Source: Craspedostauros australis (taxonomy: Eukaryota). From it: DNA of 48,522 nt. The number at the start of each line of letters is the position of its first letter. Positions within the stretch are counted from its first letter, which is position 1. A program made the position numbers and the translations under genes. The notes beneath the pieces are model-generated. The model did no database searches, was not told the origin of the DNA, and saw only the letters and a program-made list of their open reading frames with translations. The stretch lies in the NCBI GenBank assembly GCA_030167865.1, contig JALAGF010005701.1, forward strand, positions 1-48,522, written 5' to 3'. Shown here one piece after another: positions 34,755 to 47,327 of this stretch.

Positions 34755-36936
34755 GTGCGTGTACGTTTGTGTATCGTATTGTGTGCTTGCTGTGTTGCTT
34801 CGCTTCGTCCGTTCTGCCTTTCTTCCTTTCTTGCTTGGTTGCGCGGATGCGATACTGCTGCCGCTGATGCTATGTGTGCGAGTGTGGAAGGTCGGGGGCG
34901 TGTCGGTGTTGGTGACAGCACAAATGAGAACGAGAAACCCAACGAAGAGAGCGAGGCAGAGCGAGAAGAGGAGAAGACACCCGTCTCGATTGGAGTTGCT
35001 GTTGGTGGCTGTGTTGGTGGCATCCGCAACGAACTATGGGAGGAAAGCGGCGCGACAACACAACGGGAAACGTGCAAACCGATGCTGTCAAGGTGCAACA
35101 CGACACCCGCTGTCCTTTCGGAACCTCATCGAGCCGTTTGTTGTTGCCGTCCAGTCTTGAATCATCCCATCCTTTCGAAACCACCCTGTCACAAACGCTT
35201 TCGTTTGGCGCACTGAGACTGATGAACGGAAACCTGGCGACGTCCTTGCGACCATTCTCATTTGGTGGCGACATAACGCTTCAAACGTGTATCGACAGCT
35301 CACACCCTGAGTTTGTATTGCAACGGTTAACGCTCGGAGTCACAACGGTGGGAGCCACCATAAGTCATCAGACAATTCACTCCATTGTGACATGTCCGAT
35401 ACACATACAAATTTTGACAGTCTTTTTTCAAATTCTTTCCAGGGAGGCCCTATTCCACCACTTTGGCACCATGTCTAGGTGAGGGGAATTCGGATCAAAA
35501 CGCCCCTCCGTTATGTGCCCTGAGAGATGGTGGCAAACCGCAATTCCTTGGTCCACGCTTGCGCGACTTGGTGCCTACCATTGCGAACCTCGTTTTGGCG
35601 GGAAAGAGTGTCACAGCCAAAGAACTTCCAACCTGTCCAGATTCGAACCTTTTCCCTGTCTCGTTTGCGAAGCAATGCCAGGCAGAGGAGGGACTGGTGC
35701 TTTGTGTCACCGAACTGCACGAGTGTGGGCACGGGTTGTCATAATCCGGTATTGCGCCGAACTCGTTCTCCACTCATCGACTCAACTGTATTCTGCTCTC
35801 TGGTACGATCCTGCGCTGTACCGTACTTAGTCGTAGTCGTATGGGATGTACTCAAACTACGAGTTCACATTGTACCCGTTCTCCTCGGAGCGTTCCATCA
35901 TGCACTGTGTCTGGGTTGGGCGTGTTGCATGGTCGGAGGAGGCCGTCTTTTCAGTTGCAACGAGCTATTCTGTTCTTGGCGATGTGCTCTGCTGTGCCTC
36001 CTCTTCGGCTGCCTCTCATGCGACTTGTACTTCTGTCACTTTGCGTGATTGACGACGTTGCGGTTGACGTTGGTGGTGGACCATGCAATTGATTGGAATC
36101 ACAAAGAAGAGGGCATGGCGTGCAACGATGTCAAAAGGTGACTCTCTATCTATCTTTATCTGTCTTGGGGTCCCAAAGCGTGTACGCGACGTGATGAGAG
36201 AGAAATTTCAGATTGCTGTTGAGTTGAGCCGTCGACGCCTCTGGATTCTCTGGCATGAGCGCGATCGACACAAAGCACTCGCCTGTGCATCATTGGCAGT
36301 TGCAATGACCGCAGCAAGAGGGTGTGGGCAGCAACACCTCCAATGCGGAGCACCGCAATTTACCGCCCCCTTCGCATGGCATCGTGTCATGTTGCGTCAC
36401 GCTCGGAACAGAATGACGCGACTTCCTCATTGCCACGCCCCATGTGTTCTCCACAACGTCACTGTTCCACTTTCGCCAATCACACGAACCCTCCTCTTGA
36501 TTGAACAACTGTCGTCGCGAAGATCCATTCATTCCGTGTCCCATGTCCATGCCCCCGACCACTGCCATTGCTATTGACAGTGCAAAGTATGGTATCCGCA
36601 CCATAGCACAGTGCTTCGTGCAACACAGCAAGTAAGGATTGGAGTAGTCATCCAGGTGGTGTGGTAGTCAGTCTACCCGACCATACTTTACTCTTGTGTC
36701 ACTGATGATTCCAATCCCCAACTTGACCAACAGCCCTGCAATGCCATACGACCTACCAGAGCACATGACGAAGTGGGTGTGCTGTTGGACGCTTGGACCC
36801 TTCCACTCATGCTTGCATGACTTCAGCGCGCCTCCTTGTTTGGCAAAGCATTGGCGCGGACCTTGACGCCCCCAGCCCCACAGGACTCCAGCATGCTCGT
36901 AGAGTAGGTACGTACGAGTAGAGTATTCTGTAATCA

Positions 36937-37719
36937 TCACATTTCATCGAGGTTCAACTGAACGGCACCAGCGGAGTTGTTGCTGTCGTAGTAATCACGT
37001 CCCAGCTGCTTGCAGATCCCGTAGTCCGGAACCAGCACAGCACGTCCAACGGCGACGTGACCGCATCGCATGCGGTACAGCAGCACCACCTCCTTCTCCT
37101 CGTCGTACTCCTCCACTATCTGACTCAGCTTGGTGCGCGCCTCGGCCATCTCAAAGTCATCGCGGCACACCTCCGAATCGTACTCGCCCAACGTCAGGAA
37201 GTGCATGAGAATGGATCTACGCGGCATCGCGACGCCCGTCACATCCTTCGGAATTGGGATCGACAGGTCTCGCAGCGACATGTTGCTCTGCACGAACAGG
37301 AAGCCTTTGCCGAGCTGTGTCGTCTTGTGCACGGCGTAGGGGCATGCGTAAAACCGGATGCGCGCGTACAGCTCGGCGCGCACGGCCGCCTTGGCGTCGG
37401 CGTTGTTATCGAAGTCGTCATTGAGACGTTGGTACGATTTGCATACCAGTTTGTGACGCCCGTCCTTCCAGTCGTTCACCTGGCAATCTCTGGAGCAGTA
37501 CTTCGCCGTCTGGCATTTGGAGCACTTGGAGAGCTTGGCATTTTCGGATTCGTGCTTGCCGCAGTGGAAGCAGCTGGGCTCCACCGTTTTGGGTGCTTCG
37601 TTGTATCCCAGCTCGAAAGCCTGCACCCATCGCAGCGACGACGGAGTGGACGCGAGTGGGTTCTGGATGTTCGCGGTGCTTGCAGCGGCCGCGTCTGGCG
37701 TTGACGATGGTGCGCTCAT
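36937..37719 (-). CDS. MYND zinc-finger protein
   Basis: CFHC...CSKCQTAKYCSRDCQVNDWKDGRHKLVC, followed by an unrecognised ~160 aa C-terminal region. Confidence 0.88.
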   Translation of the reverse strand: MSAPSSTPDAAAASTANIQNPLASTPSSLRWVQAFELGYNEAPKTVEPSCFHCGKHESENAKLSKCSKCQTAKYCSRDCQVNDWKDGRHKLVCKSYQRLNDDFDNNADAKAAVRAELYARIRFYACPYAVHKTTQLGKGFLFVQSNMSLRDLSIPIPKDVTGVAMPRRSILMHFLTLGEYDSEVCRDDFEMAEARTKLSQIVEEYDEEKEVVLLYRMRCGHVAVGRAVLVPDYGICKQLGRDYYDSNNSAGAVQLNLDEM

Positions 37720-40206
37720 GTTTGACGAGAGCAGTTGCGTTGATGTTCTTCGTATGTTGCTGGAGTGGAGCTGTGTTTGCGTGAACCTACTTGTATGGTA
37801 CGATTGGCAGTCTCAAGTGCCAGAGATGGCGGTGAAGTTGATGATGATGGCAATGCACGGAGGAGTTGCGATACAACGCAATGCGATGTGATGTGAGGCG
37901 AAGCGACGAGGAGAGTGACACTGGAGTGTATCAGGGTTTGTTGGTTGGAGACGAATGAATGGTGAGTGTCGTGTGTTTGGTGATGTGATGGATGCATTTC
38001 CTCGACTCGTCCGATTCAATTGTTGCATTTCTCATTCTTGCTATCTTTGTAGTGCGAGCTACGCACTATGCTCGTTGTCTGTCGCAATGGAACAGAAATG
38101 ACATCATCGCAACTCATGACACATGCCTCTTGGACACGAAGACTTGGACAGTGGACACCTCTATCTCTCTGGTGTCTTTTGGTTTGAGGGGAGGCCGAAT
38201 TTTATGGTAACCATTGGTGACATTTGGTAACTAGTCGTATGAGTCAGTTTCGCTGTAGACGCTGGTACATTTTGTACGTCAGTCCCACATGAAGCGCCCC
38301 AAAACCACCATTTTTGCCACAACCCTCATCGGCAAGTCCATGCCGCTCCGTTTGTTTGGGCTCTCCTTTCGTGAGCACTCTCATGTGTGGCTTTTGATTG
38401 CCTTCTCCAACTTTCGTGGCGGTTGGTTGGGTAGTGGCGGAGATCTGCTTGTTTCTCTTGAGCCGGAACTCGTTCTTGCCATTCACGAATGCCAATCACT
38501 GCGATGTATTGCGGCGAATACTATGTGCCCCAGCGCGTGTTAACACACGATGGAAATGACCACAACACAATGTGATACCAACCGATGCGTTCCTCACATG
38601 CTATGATCAGTTCCTTACATCCTGGTATCATCCATTGCGGCTTCGTTCATTGTATAGCATAGTTGGGACACACCAGCCCCACAACCGTGTTGGAACCTTG
38701 AGTCTGATCATGTGGGTCCTCATGAGAACAATTAATTTGTTCACATGAAACCGAGACTCACTGATTTGCACGAAACGTGCAACAAGGACACAATGGAGAA
38801 CGAATCCAGACGAGGTGCAATATCGAACACTTACTAAACATTCATGACAATCCAATCTAGCATCTTGTCCATCACCATCTGCTCTGACACAAGCAATCCT
38901 CCGTTTGCAAGTGCATTGCTTCCTTCTGTCACCTGTCAATACAACCAATCAGATTGCAGGTCTCAGCAAGATCAGAATGGCTCTTCCTTGCTCTGAATCA
39001 GAAGATTTGGGTCAGACCTCCAAGGAGAAGATATGCATCAAATGCATCTGCAAGAGAAGGTGCTGTTCTGTTTGGTCCTCCCAAAAGGCAGCTTATCCCA
39101 TGGCTTTGCATGTTTTCTTTTCTATGACTCCTCCAGCTGAACACTCTCCTACCATAATCCCTTTCAATAGTAATTTACAACCTATTCCAATTAACACCAG
39201 TTTACATCAATCACTTTCTCTACAGTTTCCTGCTTGAGTCTCAACAACAAACGGTTCATCAACCGGTTGAGACCAGGCCTTGGCTGGGAACGTGCAACAA
39301 AAAGCACGGAACATTCATTTCATCCTTATTTTATAAAAGTGGCTGCTGTTTGGGCGGAAAGCAACAAGAAGAGACAAGAATCATGAGTTGATTGGCACAC
39401 ACAAGATACAAAAAGAGAGAGAGATCTGGACAGTCAATCAATAATTGTTGTTCAGATTTGGCAAAAACGTGAAACCCATGTTGGTACCATGAGGAAACCA
39501 ACAGTTTGACGAAACAGTGCGGGAAACAGGAAAGGAAGAAAACGAATCGTGACGTCACATTGGCATCGGAAAGACCCTAATCCTCACGAGAGTGACTATC
39601 TCTATTGTGCCCAGACCAGTCTGTATTGCGGGGCTCCCCCTTGCATTGAGTCATCCTGGTGTGTCTCAGTACCCAAGTTCTGGGGTCGCTCGAACCCCTC
39701 CATTTAAGTCACCGCATCTCCGGGCCCGATGCCGTCATCCAATCACAACTTGAAGGGAGCACAGTTCTCCTACAGCGCCCAAGATGCAGTTTGAACACTC
39801 TTCGTGACCAATGTGCGCGTCAACGGAACAACTCCAACAAACAGGGAAGCCAAAGAGGTACAATCGCGTGATGGACAATGACCCTGCCTTTTGGCTTCAT
39901 TCATGAAAAAGGACCAAAAAGACACAGCGGCAAGAAGGAGAAGCGAGTCAAACCAGACACACAACAAACCACCCAGTCCTGCGCTGTTTCGTTGAACGTC
40001 ACATTGGTCGTGATTATCGTGTATTGCGAGCTTTTGGTCTTGTAACTGTGAACAAGCAACTCTGTCATGACAGTCATGGTTGTTGATGACTTCTCGGTTT
40101 CAACATTTCTCCTTTCTGACGTAGTCGTATGCTGAAGTTGTGAAGGCACAAACCAGTACACAAATCAAACATCGAACGTGATTCTCCCCTACGACAGTGG
40201 ACGCGG

Positions 40207-43200
40207 ATGGCAACACACAGCCCCACCCGTCGCCATGCGGCCTTCCTCCCGCTTGGGGTGAATGTCACCCACGCCAACACTTCGACGAAGCGAAGACTTT
40301 TGAACACGACATGCACAGAACCAACCATAACCATCACGCATCGGCACCCACAACAACACCAACAACACCAACAACACCAACCAACACGAAGATCTACTCG
40401 AGTCTCCACTTGTACCACACATCGAGTCCTCATATTCCATTTTCCAAACCAAAACGGCAACAACACAGGTATCAACAGCGGAACCAACACAATTATCTCC
40501 ATCAGCATTGCTGGCGCCTTTGACCATACTCCAGGAGTACCAACCAACAGCACCATGACAGACGTCCTACAAAAGGACGACCCGTCGAAGATGGATGGAC
40601 ACGAGAACCAACAGCACTGCAATCGCCATCATCATGAGCATCGCCATCGTCAGCATCCTCACAAACCGAACTTCTCGCCAGGCCGCGAGTTCTACGATGA
40701 TGGGTACATGGAGGAAGAGCAGGACGCCGCAGAGCTGCCAACCATCATGAATGCGGGATCGGTTCCTGGCCTTTCTACTCACGCGAGAAAGCTTGGAGTT
40801 TGCATGGAGGATGCCATGGGTGGTGGTCACGTTGATGGCCAGCACGGTACTGCCAGCGGCGATGATGACGATGGGAGCCCGTCTCCAGCGGCAGGAGTGC
40901 CCTCGTCTTCGCCAAATATCTTCTTTGGCATGCAAAAAGAGCTCAAGAAGCTGCATCAACTCCGAGAATGCATCATCCATGGAGCAACCTTCCACAGAAG
41001 ACAACATTCCGACGACGACGATGATGATGATGAGAACAAGACGACGCCCTTCTCCGGCTCTAACCAGAGTCGTGGCACGAGCACGAAGGAAATGGATACT
41101 GCGACGATGCCTTCGACAACAACATCATCGCTGGGAACGGACCTCGAGAGAGACAAGCTGCTACCGGCAGTGCTGGTCTGGGGAGTCAGTGGAACAGGAA
41201 AGTCGCGACTTGTTGACCAATTCTTGCAAGAGTCTTGCACTTGCAACCACCATGCGGGAGATGAAGAAGGCAGCGGGGATAAGGCGGATGGAGCAGGGCG
41301 GCCTCCAAGACGTGACCTCACATGCTGCTCGTGCTGCTACGTCCTGCGGGGAAAGTACGACGAGTGCACCGGCGGCAGTGATCCGTTCTCCGCAATTGTG
41401 CAATCACTCAACGACTTCTCCAGACAGCTCCACAACGGATCCAAGGAGGAGTTGGAGCGCATGCGTGTCTGTGTGAGGCAGGCATTTGCGTCCGATGAGA
41501 AGCCTCGGCAACGACCAAGCACCAACACCAATCCTCCGAATGTGGCGATGAACAAGGCCTCATCGAACATGTCTTGTGATAATAGCACCAGCCATAGACA
41601 GCAGCAGCATCAAAGCGGCGACGAGACTTCCCGAGTATCATCCTCTCTCAGGGCACTGATCTCGGTGGTCCCATCTTTGTCCATACTCTTACCACCAACA
41701 GATATGAGCATGGGCATGGACACGGGCATGGCTAGACAAGGCAGCCATGACACACACGGGAACTCATCCAACGAACTAACCCACGACCGCGGGTCACAAA
41801 CGGATGATGGCAACGACGGTGCAAGCATATCCGTCGCGTCCGCAGTACGCCAACGTCAGACGGCCCAAAGTACTCCGGGCAAGTCCTTCGACAGTGCATG
41901 GAAACAACTGCAGTTCATCTTCCAGAAATTCGTCAAGGCGATCTGCACACCTCAAAAGCCGGTGTACTTCTTCATCGACGACTTGCAGTGGTCATCGAGC
42001 GTCAGCTTCGACCTCCTTGTTGGTCTCATCGCTGATCCAGAGATGCGGAACTTCATGTTCCTCGGTGTCATCCGCCAGGAGACCGACCCACACAGCAACG
42101 AAGCCATGGAGATGACTGGAGACCCACCACTTCGCACCTGCTTCTTGGACGTCCTGTCGGCCAGGAAGCTCGAACAGATCACCATCCATAACCTGTCCCC
42201 CAGGAACCTGACGAAGTTAGTGTCGGAACTGCTGGATCGACCAGCGGAGGATGTGGCCGTCCTCTCCAAGAAGCTGCATGCCAAAACCCAGGGCAACGTG
42301 TACTTCACGCTGCAGGCTTTGGAGGAGCTGAAGCGCAAGAACATCCTCATCTACAGCCGCATCTTCTTCCAGTGGGAATGGAGCCTTGGCGACGATGAAG
42401 AGCTCCCCGTGAGCGACAACATCGTCAGCGCGATCGAATCCAAGCTCAAGGAGCTGCCGGAGCAACTCCAGCTGGTGCTGTCCGTCGCCGCCTACATTCG
42501 TGCCAGCTTCGACCTCCAGACGCTCTGGCTGGTGCTGCAAAACGAGGCCCAGCATGCCGCGGGTGTCTTCTCCACCATGCCAGGGCCCAGCAGCAAGGAA
42601 GACGCCCCTGTTTCTCGAAATTCATTCCAGGAGCACGCCGTTGCCAAACCGATGGATGCCAACGAAGTCTCTCGCCTTCTGGAGCAGGCCGTGTTGGAGC
42701 GACTCATCTTCAACCCCATCGGTGGATCGAACTATCGATTCGCTCACGATCGGATCCAGCAGGCCGCCTACGGTATGATCCCGTATGGCGAACAGCGAGA
42801 AATGCTGCGAGTGCGCATCGGTCACTGCCTACTGGATCACTATTGCGCACTCACGGATGCGAATCAGTCAACATTGGACTTATCTCCTCCATCAACAAAC
42901 AACGATACAGATCAGGCCAACGACGCTGATGGCCTCTTGTTCGTTGCAGCGGACCATCTGAACAGCGTCCAGTGCAAGGATCACATGTTCTCAGTCATGA
43001 TGAACTTGGAAGTCGGTGAGAAGGCCCTGCAAATGGCCGCCCTTGCACCGGCTGCTGGGTACTTGCAAAAGGCCACCAATGCCCTGCGGCGGGTTCAAAA
43101 TCCTTGGGATGAGCACTACTCCGTATGCTTTCGGCTGTATTCAGCCAGATCGGCCGTCGAGCTGTCTCTCGGTCACTTCGATGTGGGCTACAAGCTCGCT

Positions 43201-44889
43201 TACGAAGTCATCGACAAGGCTCACAGTCTGGACGAGAAGCTTCCCATCTACCTCTCCATCATGCACAGCCTGGGTCGCGAAAATCGTCACCTTGAAGCAC
43301 TCAAGATTGGTCTTAGCACAATGCGCCAAATCAACGAGTTCCCCAAGCGCTTCCTTGTCATGCACGCAGTGGTGGGGATGAGCAAAGTTAAGGCTTACTT
43401 CAAAGCGTACACCGACGAAGATATCCTGAATCTCCCGCTGATTCAAGACCCGAGGAAGGCCATCACGATGAAGTTTTTCAACGAAATCGGCGTCCGGGCG
43501 CACTTGTGCAAGAGCATGCTCAAATGGGTTGTCAACCACTTTAGCTCCATACGGACCACATTTGAGTGTGGGATCTCCGAGGACTCAGCCATGGCCATTG
43601 CGTCGAGCGGCATGATGGGTCTGGCAACGGGTGATTTTGAGTTCGCCATCCGCTGCGGAGATTTAGCGCACCGTATCGTTCGCAAGACGAATGGCACGGC
43701 AGTAGTTGGCTGGGTCACTATGGTCACATCACTGTATATTGACCCCTACACCGTGCCATTTGCCGACATTATCCAGCGTCTCCGCACGGGATACATGATC
43801 TCGATGGAGGCAGGCGAATTTGAAGTCGGCTTCCTCAACTGGCAGGTCAGCAATATCTGCGCGTTCTTCGCAGGCTACGAACTCAAGCCCCTGCTCAAAG
43901 CAGCAGAGATCACCCACGAGCAATACCGGATGTACCGTGTCGAATCCATTCTTGGTATGTCCCAAGCGTTCCTCACGTTGTTCCGAGTGCTCTCCGGAGC
44001 CGAACCTCCTGACTGGGACAAGCTGGAAGAACAATCACGAAGAAACTTGAAGAAGGAGACGCTCGACGAATCTAAGACCTACGAGCTCATGCCGTACTTC
44101 CAGACCACACTCACCCTTGCAGTGTACATGCGACGCCACCATATTGCGCAAGGCCTGCTCAAATGCTTTAACTTTCTTTCGAGCGAAGACACTGCTTTAC
44201 TGACGATTGCGCCGCGTGAATTCTTCGGTGGTCTGGTCTACGCTAATCTTTACCGCGAGACCGGCAAGAAGAAGCACCTGCGCAAAATGCAGAAGCTCCA
44301 CAAGCAACTGCGGACCGTCACAACCGCAAAAGGACCCAACTGCCTTCATTACGCCTTGATTCTAGATGCCGAAGAGTTCGCCGTCCGCAAAGGAGGGAGG
44401 ATGGTGTGGAGTGTGAAGAATGCTTACGACAGGGCCATCGCAGTTGCCGCCAGGTCATCTTACATCCAAGACGCTGGTCTCGCTTGCGAGATGGCTGGTG
44501 AGTACTTTGTGCTGCATGGCCAGAAGGAGCTGGCCACGGGGTACCTTTCTAAGTCGGTGCAGTATTTCAAGGCATGGGGTGGCATCCTCAAAATTGATGA
44601 TATCAAGCATCGGAGGTCAGAGTACATCAGAGACCTTCCAATGGAGGGTGGTGGCCTCCCAGGCATCCTTTCTGGTTCTGGAGGCGACATGATGAAGCAC
44701 ACATCGGAGAGAACGAAGATCGATCTGGTGTCAACGTACACCCCCACAAAGTCCCGTATTGCGCGCAGTATGAAGAGCGCCAGCCAATCGGCATCAGAAG
44801 AAGCCGACCAAAGCAATAGCCACGGAGTCGAGACAGAGCAGCAGGACATCGATATCGACCACGTTTCCGTGCTGACAGATGCAAGTTAA
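40207..44889 (+). CDS. STAND-type P-loop ATPase (AAA_16/COG3899-like) with helical C-terminal region; likely start 40555
   Basis: Walker A GVSGTGKS, GKYD, Walker B FFIDDLQW, TQGNVYF, YRFAHDRIQQAAY, AADHLN, and terminal AYDRAI...GLACEMAGEYF...YFKAWGG. Confidence 0.85.
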   Translation: MATHSPTRRHAAFLPLGVNVTHANTSTKRRLLNTTCTEPTITITHRHPQQHQQHQQHQPTRRSTRVSTCTTHRVLIFHFPNQNGNNTGINSGTNTIISISIAGAFDHTPGVPTNSTMTDVLQKDDPSKMDGHENQQHCNRHHHEHRHRQHPHKPNFSPGREFYDDGYMEEEQDAAELPTIMNAGSVPGLSTHARKLGVCMEDAMGGGHVDGQHGTASGDDDDGSPSPAAGVPSSSPNIFFGMQKELKKLHQLRECIIHGATFHRRQHSDDDDDDDENKTTPFSGSNQSRGTSTKEMDTATMPSTTTSSLGTDLERDKLLPAVLVWGVSGTGKSRLVDQFLQESCTCNHHAGDEEGSGDKADGAGRPPRRDLTCCSCCYVLRGKYDECTGGSDPFSAIVQSLNDFSRQLHNGSKEELERMRVCVRQAFASDEKPRQRPSTNTNPPNVAMNKASSNMSCDNSTSHRQQQHQSGDETSRVSSSLRALISVVPSLSILLPPTDMSMGMDTGMARQGSHDTHGNSSNELTHDRGSQTDDGNDGASISVASAVRQRQTAQSTPGKSFDSAWKQLQFIFQKFVKAICTPQKPVYFFIDDLQWSSSVSFDLLVGLIADPEMRNFMFLGVIRQETDPHSNEAMEMTGDPPLRTCFLDVLSARKLEQITIHNLSPRNLTKLVSELLDRPAEDVAVLSKKLHAKTQGNVYFTLQALEELKRKNILIYSRIFFQWEWSLGDDEELPVSDNIVSAIESKLKELPEQLQLVLSVAAYIRASFDLQTLWLVLQNEAQHAAGVFSTMPGPSSKEDAPVSRNSFQEHAVAKPMDANEVSRLLEQAVLERLIFNPIGGSNYRFAHDRIQQAAYGMIPYGEQREMLRVRIGHCLLDHYCALTDANQSTLDLSPPSTNNDTDQANDADGLLFVAADHLNSVQCKDHMFSVMMNLEVGEKALQMAALAPAAGYLQKATNALRRVQNPWDEHYSVCFRLYSARSAVELSLGHFDVGYKLAYEVIDKAHSLDEKLPIYLSIMHSLGRENRHLEALKIGLSTMRQINEFPKRFLVMHAVVGMSKVKAYFKAYTDEDILNLPLIQDPRKAITMKFFNEIGVRAHLCKSMLKWVVNHFSSIRTTFECGISEDSAMAIASSGMMGLATGDFEFAIRCGDLAHRIVRKTNGTAVVGWVTMVTSLYIDPYTVPFADIIQRLRTGYMISMEAGEFEVGFLNWQVSNICAFFAGYELKPLLKAAEITHEQYRMYRVESILGMSQAFLTLFRVLSGAEPPDWDKLEEQSRRNLKKETLDESKTYELMPYFQTTLTLAVYMRRHHIAQGLLKCFNFLSSEDTALLTIAPREFFGGLVYANLYRETGKKKHLRKMQKLHKQLRTVTTAKGPNCLHYALILDAEEFAVRKGGRMVWSVKNAYDRAIAVAARSSYIQDAGLACEMAGEYFVLHGQKELATGYLSKSVQYFKAWGGILKIDDIKHRRSEYIRDLPMEGGGLPGILSGSGGDMMKHTSERTKIDLVSTYTPTKSRIARSMKSASQSASEEADQSNSHGVETEQQDIDIDHVSVLTDAS

Positions 44890-46130
44890 TACAAAATAAA
44901 ATGAGCAGAGATGTAAGCTCTTGTACCTCCAAATGCACACATGATGCTATCAGGCCCAGGCTACCATACGTAGACACCATAGGACTCGATACCGTCTGGT
45001 AGTTTATCGCTTTCCCCATCCCATCATGCACAGCATGTCAAGATAATTAACAAGCAACTAGCGAGAGTGCTCTCTAACATGCACGACCTCCAGCTTGCAG
45101 TGTGGTACTGTAGAATTCATCACTGAGCAACAACGCTTTCCCGCAAGTGCTACTGGTTTGGGCATGGGCTGGTATTGTAACAGCAGACTCGTGGATCCAT
45201 CTAACCACCTGCCTGCTCGGCACAGTTCGCAGCATTCGCATGTCGTCCGATGAGCCTCCAAGTATCGGTGGAGAGAAAGAGCAAAGTTCTTTGGACTTGC
45301 TTTGTCGGCCTTGTATCATCTGTCAGTCTACGACCTAGCCGCACAGTATCTCAAATACCAGAACATTAACACATAACGAACAGACTCTGTTCTGCAAACC
45401 AGTGAAACCACCAATACGGTATCAATATTGACTAAGTGGATCGAAACAGTTTGCTCAAGTGTGTCCTCAAAACTTCTTGAAGTTGTTCTTGTGTGTGTTT
45501 TCGCGTACAACAATGACCGGATTGTACACACCAACTCCCAACAGCGATGGTATCGAATACAACTAAAGGCTAATCCATTGTCGCTTGGCTTTCGTCTGCG
45601 TTGGATGATAGGTTATCTAGCACCTTCAAGCTTGCTTGGAATCTTCTGGCTCGTCCCCTTCTGTCAGACTCATGTCTCTGTCTCTGTCTCTGCTTGTGCA
45701 TTGATGTTGGTAGAATTGAGTGTGTTGCAAGGGGTAGCGCTGGAATCCCTCCATTCAGAGGTGGTCGTTGGCACCTCTCGATACCTTTTGATGTTGCAGT
45801 CGGCCGAAAAAAGAGAGCCCCCCAAGAGAAAGAATAGAAGAAACGAGAAGAAGATGAGAGCGGGCGAGTGGGTCACATGCACAGTGCAGTGATAGCGAGC
45901 CGATCGGCAAGAGGCCATTGCAAGTAAGCAGTTGGCATGTCGTCGTTGGCGCGTTGGTGTCGCCATTGGCCGTGTTCGGAGGCCTCCAGTTTGGTGGCTG
46001 CCCTCACACAACCCGTGCGCTGTCGGGACACACGTGTCCTCGTCCACGCTAGCACATGTGGGAAGAGTTCAACCTCGTCAGAATAGGTGCCTGTTGGGCC
46101 CCGATGGCAGACCACAGGAAGGGATCCCCA

Positions 46131-46661
46131 TGTTGGCAAGTTCCGCTCATGGTAACCTACGATCGTGGAGGATGGTGTTGGTTGATAGTCGTTCGTTTGC
46201 TATTCCATTAGTTGGTTACTCCGATCCTCTCGGTGTACACCAGTTCTCTTGCCCGATGCTCTCGGCGCTTCAATCTGTTTCGTAGATTCAGTCTCCGACT
46301 ATGAGTCGGTATGCGAGATGCTCTCTTGCTCCTCTCTGTATTCTCTCTCTCTCTCTCTCAACATCGTGTATTTACACTACACGATACTCCGTATTCGATG
46401 CGTACTCCGCATTCGACATTCCGTTCATTCAGTACTGGCTCCTACTCCATGAGTACTTACCATTTGAAGTTCACCTTCTGTATCCATGATGCTGATGCCC
46501 TTCGGTCATTGGATCTTCGCCTCCTGCTCTGACTTGGAGACAGATGTCGACGTGGTGACACGATGACATCCTGTCGACGTCAGTAGGTGTCCTTCTGCTC
46601 TCCAGATGTCACATTCCATTGGTGATGCAGTAGTCTGTCAGATGATATCGTCATCTGAGGT
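46131..46661. mobile_element. LTR- or TIR-like repeat copy A (CpG-intact), truncated by the gap
   Basis: Begins TGTTGGCAAG, contains a (CT)n tract, and its reverse complement is homologous to 47328-47817. Confidence 0.65.
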
Positions 46662-47327
46662 NNNNNNNNNNNNNNNNNNNNNNNNNNNNNNNNNNNNNNN
46701 NNNNNNNNNNNGGTTTAGTTGGGAAGTACCTCGAGATTCTCTTGGTACCATTGATGGATGGACGGACGATCTTCCAATTCTCTCAGAAATCGTCAATTGC
46801 AAATTTCCTCCAGAAATCTTGCCCCTTTTCGTGTGTTCCGTTTCCCCTGTAATTCTGACGAATCACAGCATACTATCGACACGAATGTAGTTATACCGTC
46901 CAAGTGCGTATGAGAGAATAACGGGTGAACGATGCACATATACATGTACATCTTGACATATACTCACATGTACATCTCGACAAGAGTATGCAGAGGCAAT
47001 TATGGCTAAGGTACATTATCATGGCTTCAGAAACACTCTTGAGCATACTGGTTAACACAGACAGGCTGTGTTGGAATGTGCATATGTGTATTTGCATCAC
47101 TCACCCATTGTTCTCTTACACTCTACCTGCAATCAGCACACATGTCCATGTCATGAGTAATCTGTGACTGAGCTAGATCACATTTCAAATTTACGCACAC
47201 CAAATCGTTCACAATTTTGGAAGGAAATGTGCGAACAATGTTATCTGAGAGCATCAGGAACTTGGTCTGTCCATCATCCAACAGAAATGTATGGCACTGA
47301 GCAAGAATCGATGTATTTCACAACTAA

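Noticed and set aside
35200..36900. Multiple short ORFs in the intergenic region
   Set aside because: No motifs or consistent exon structure found.
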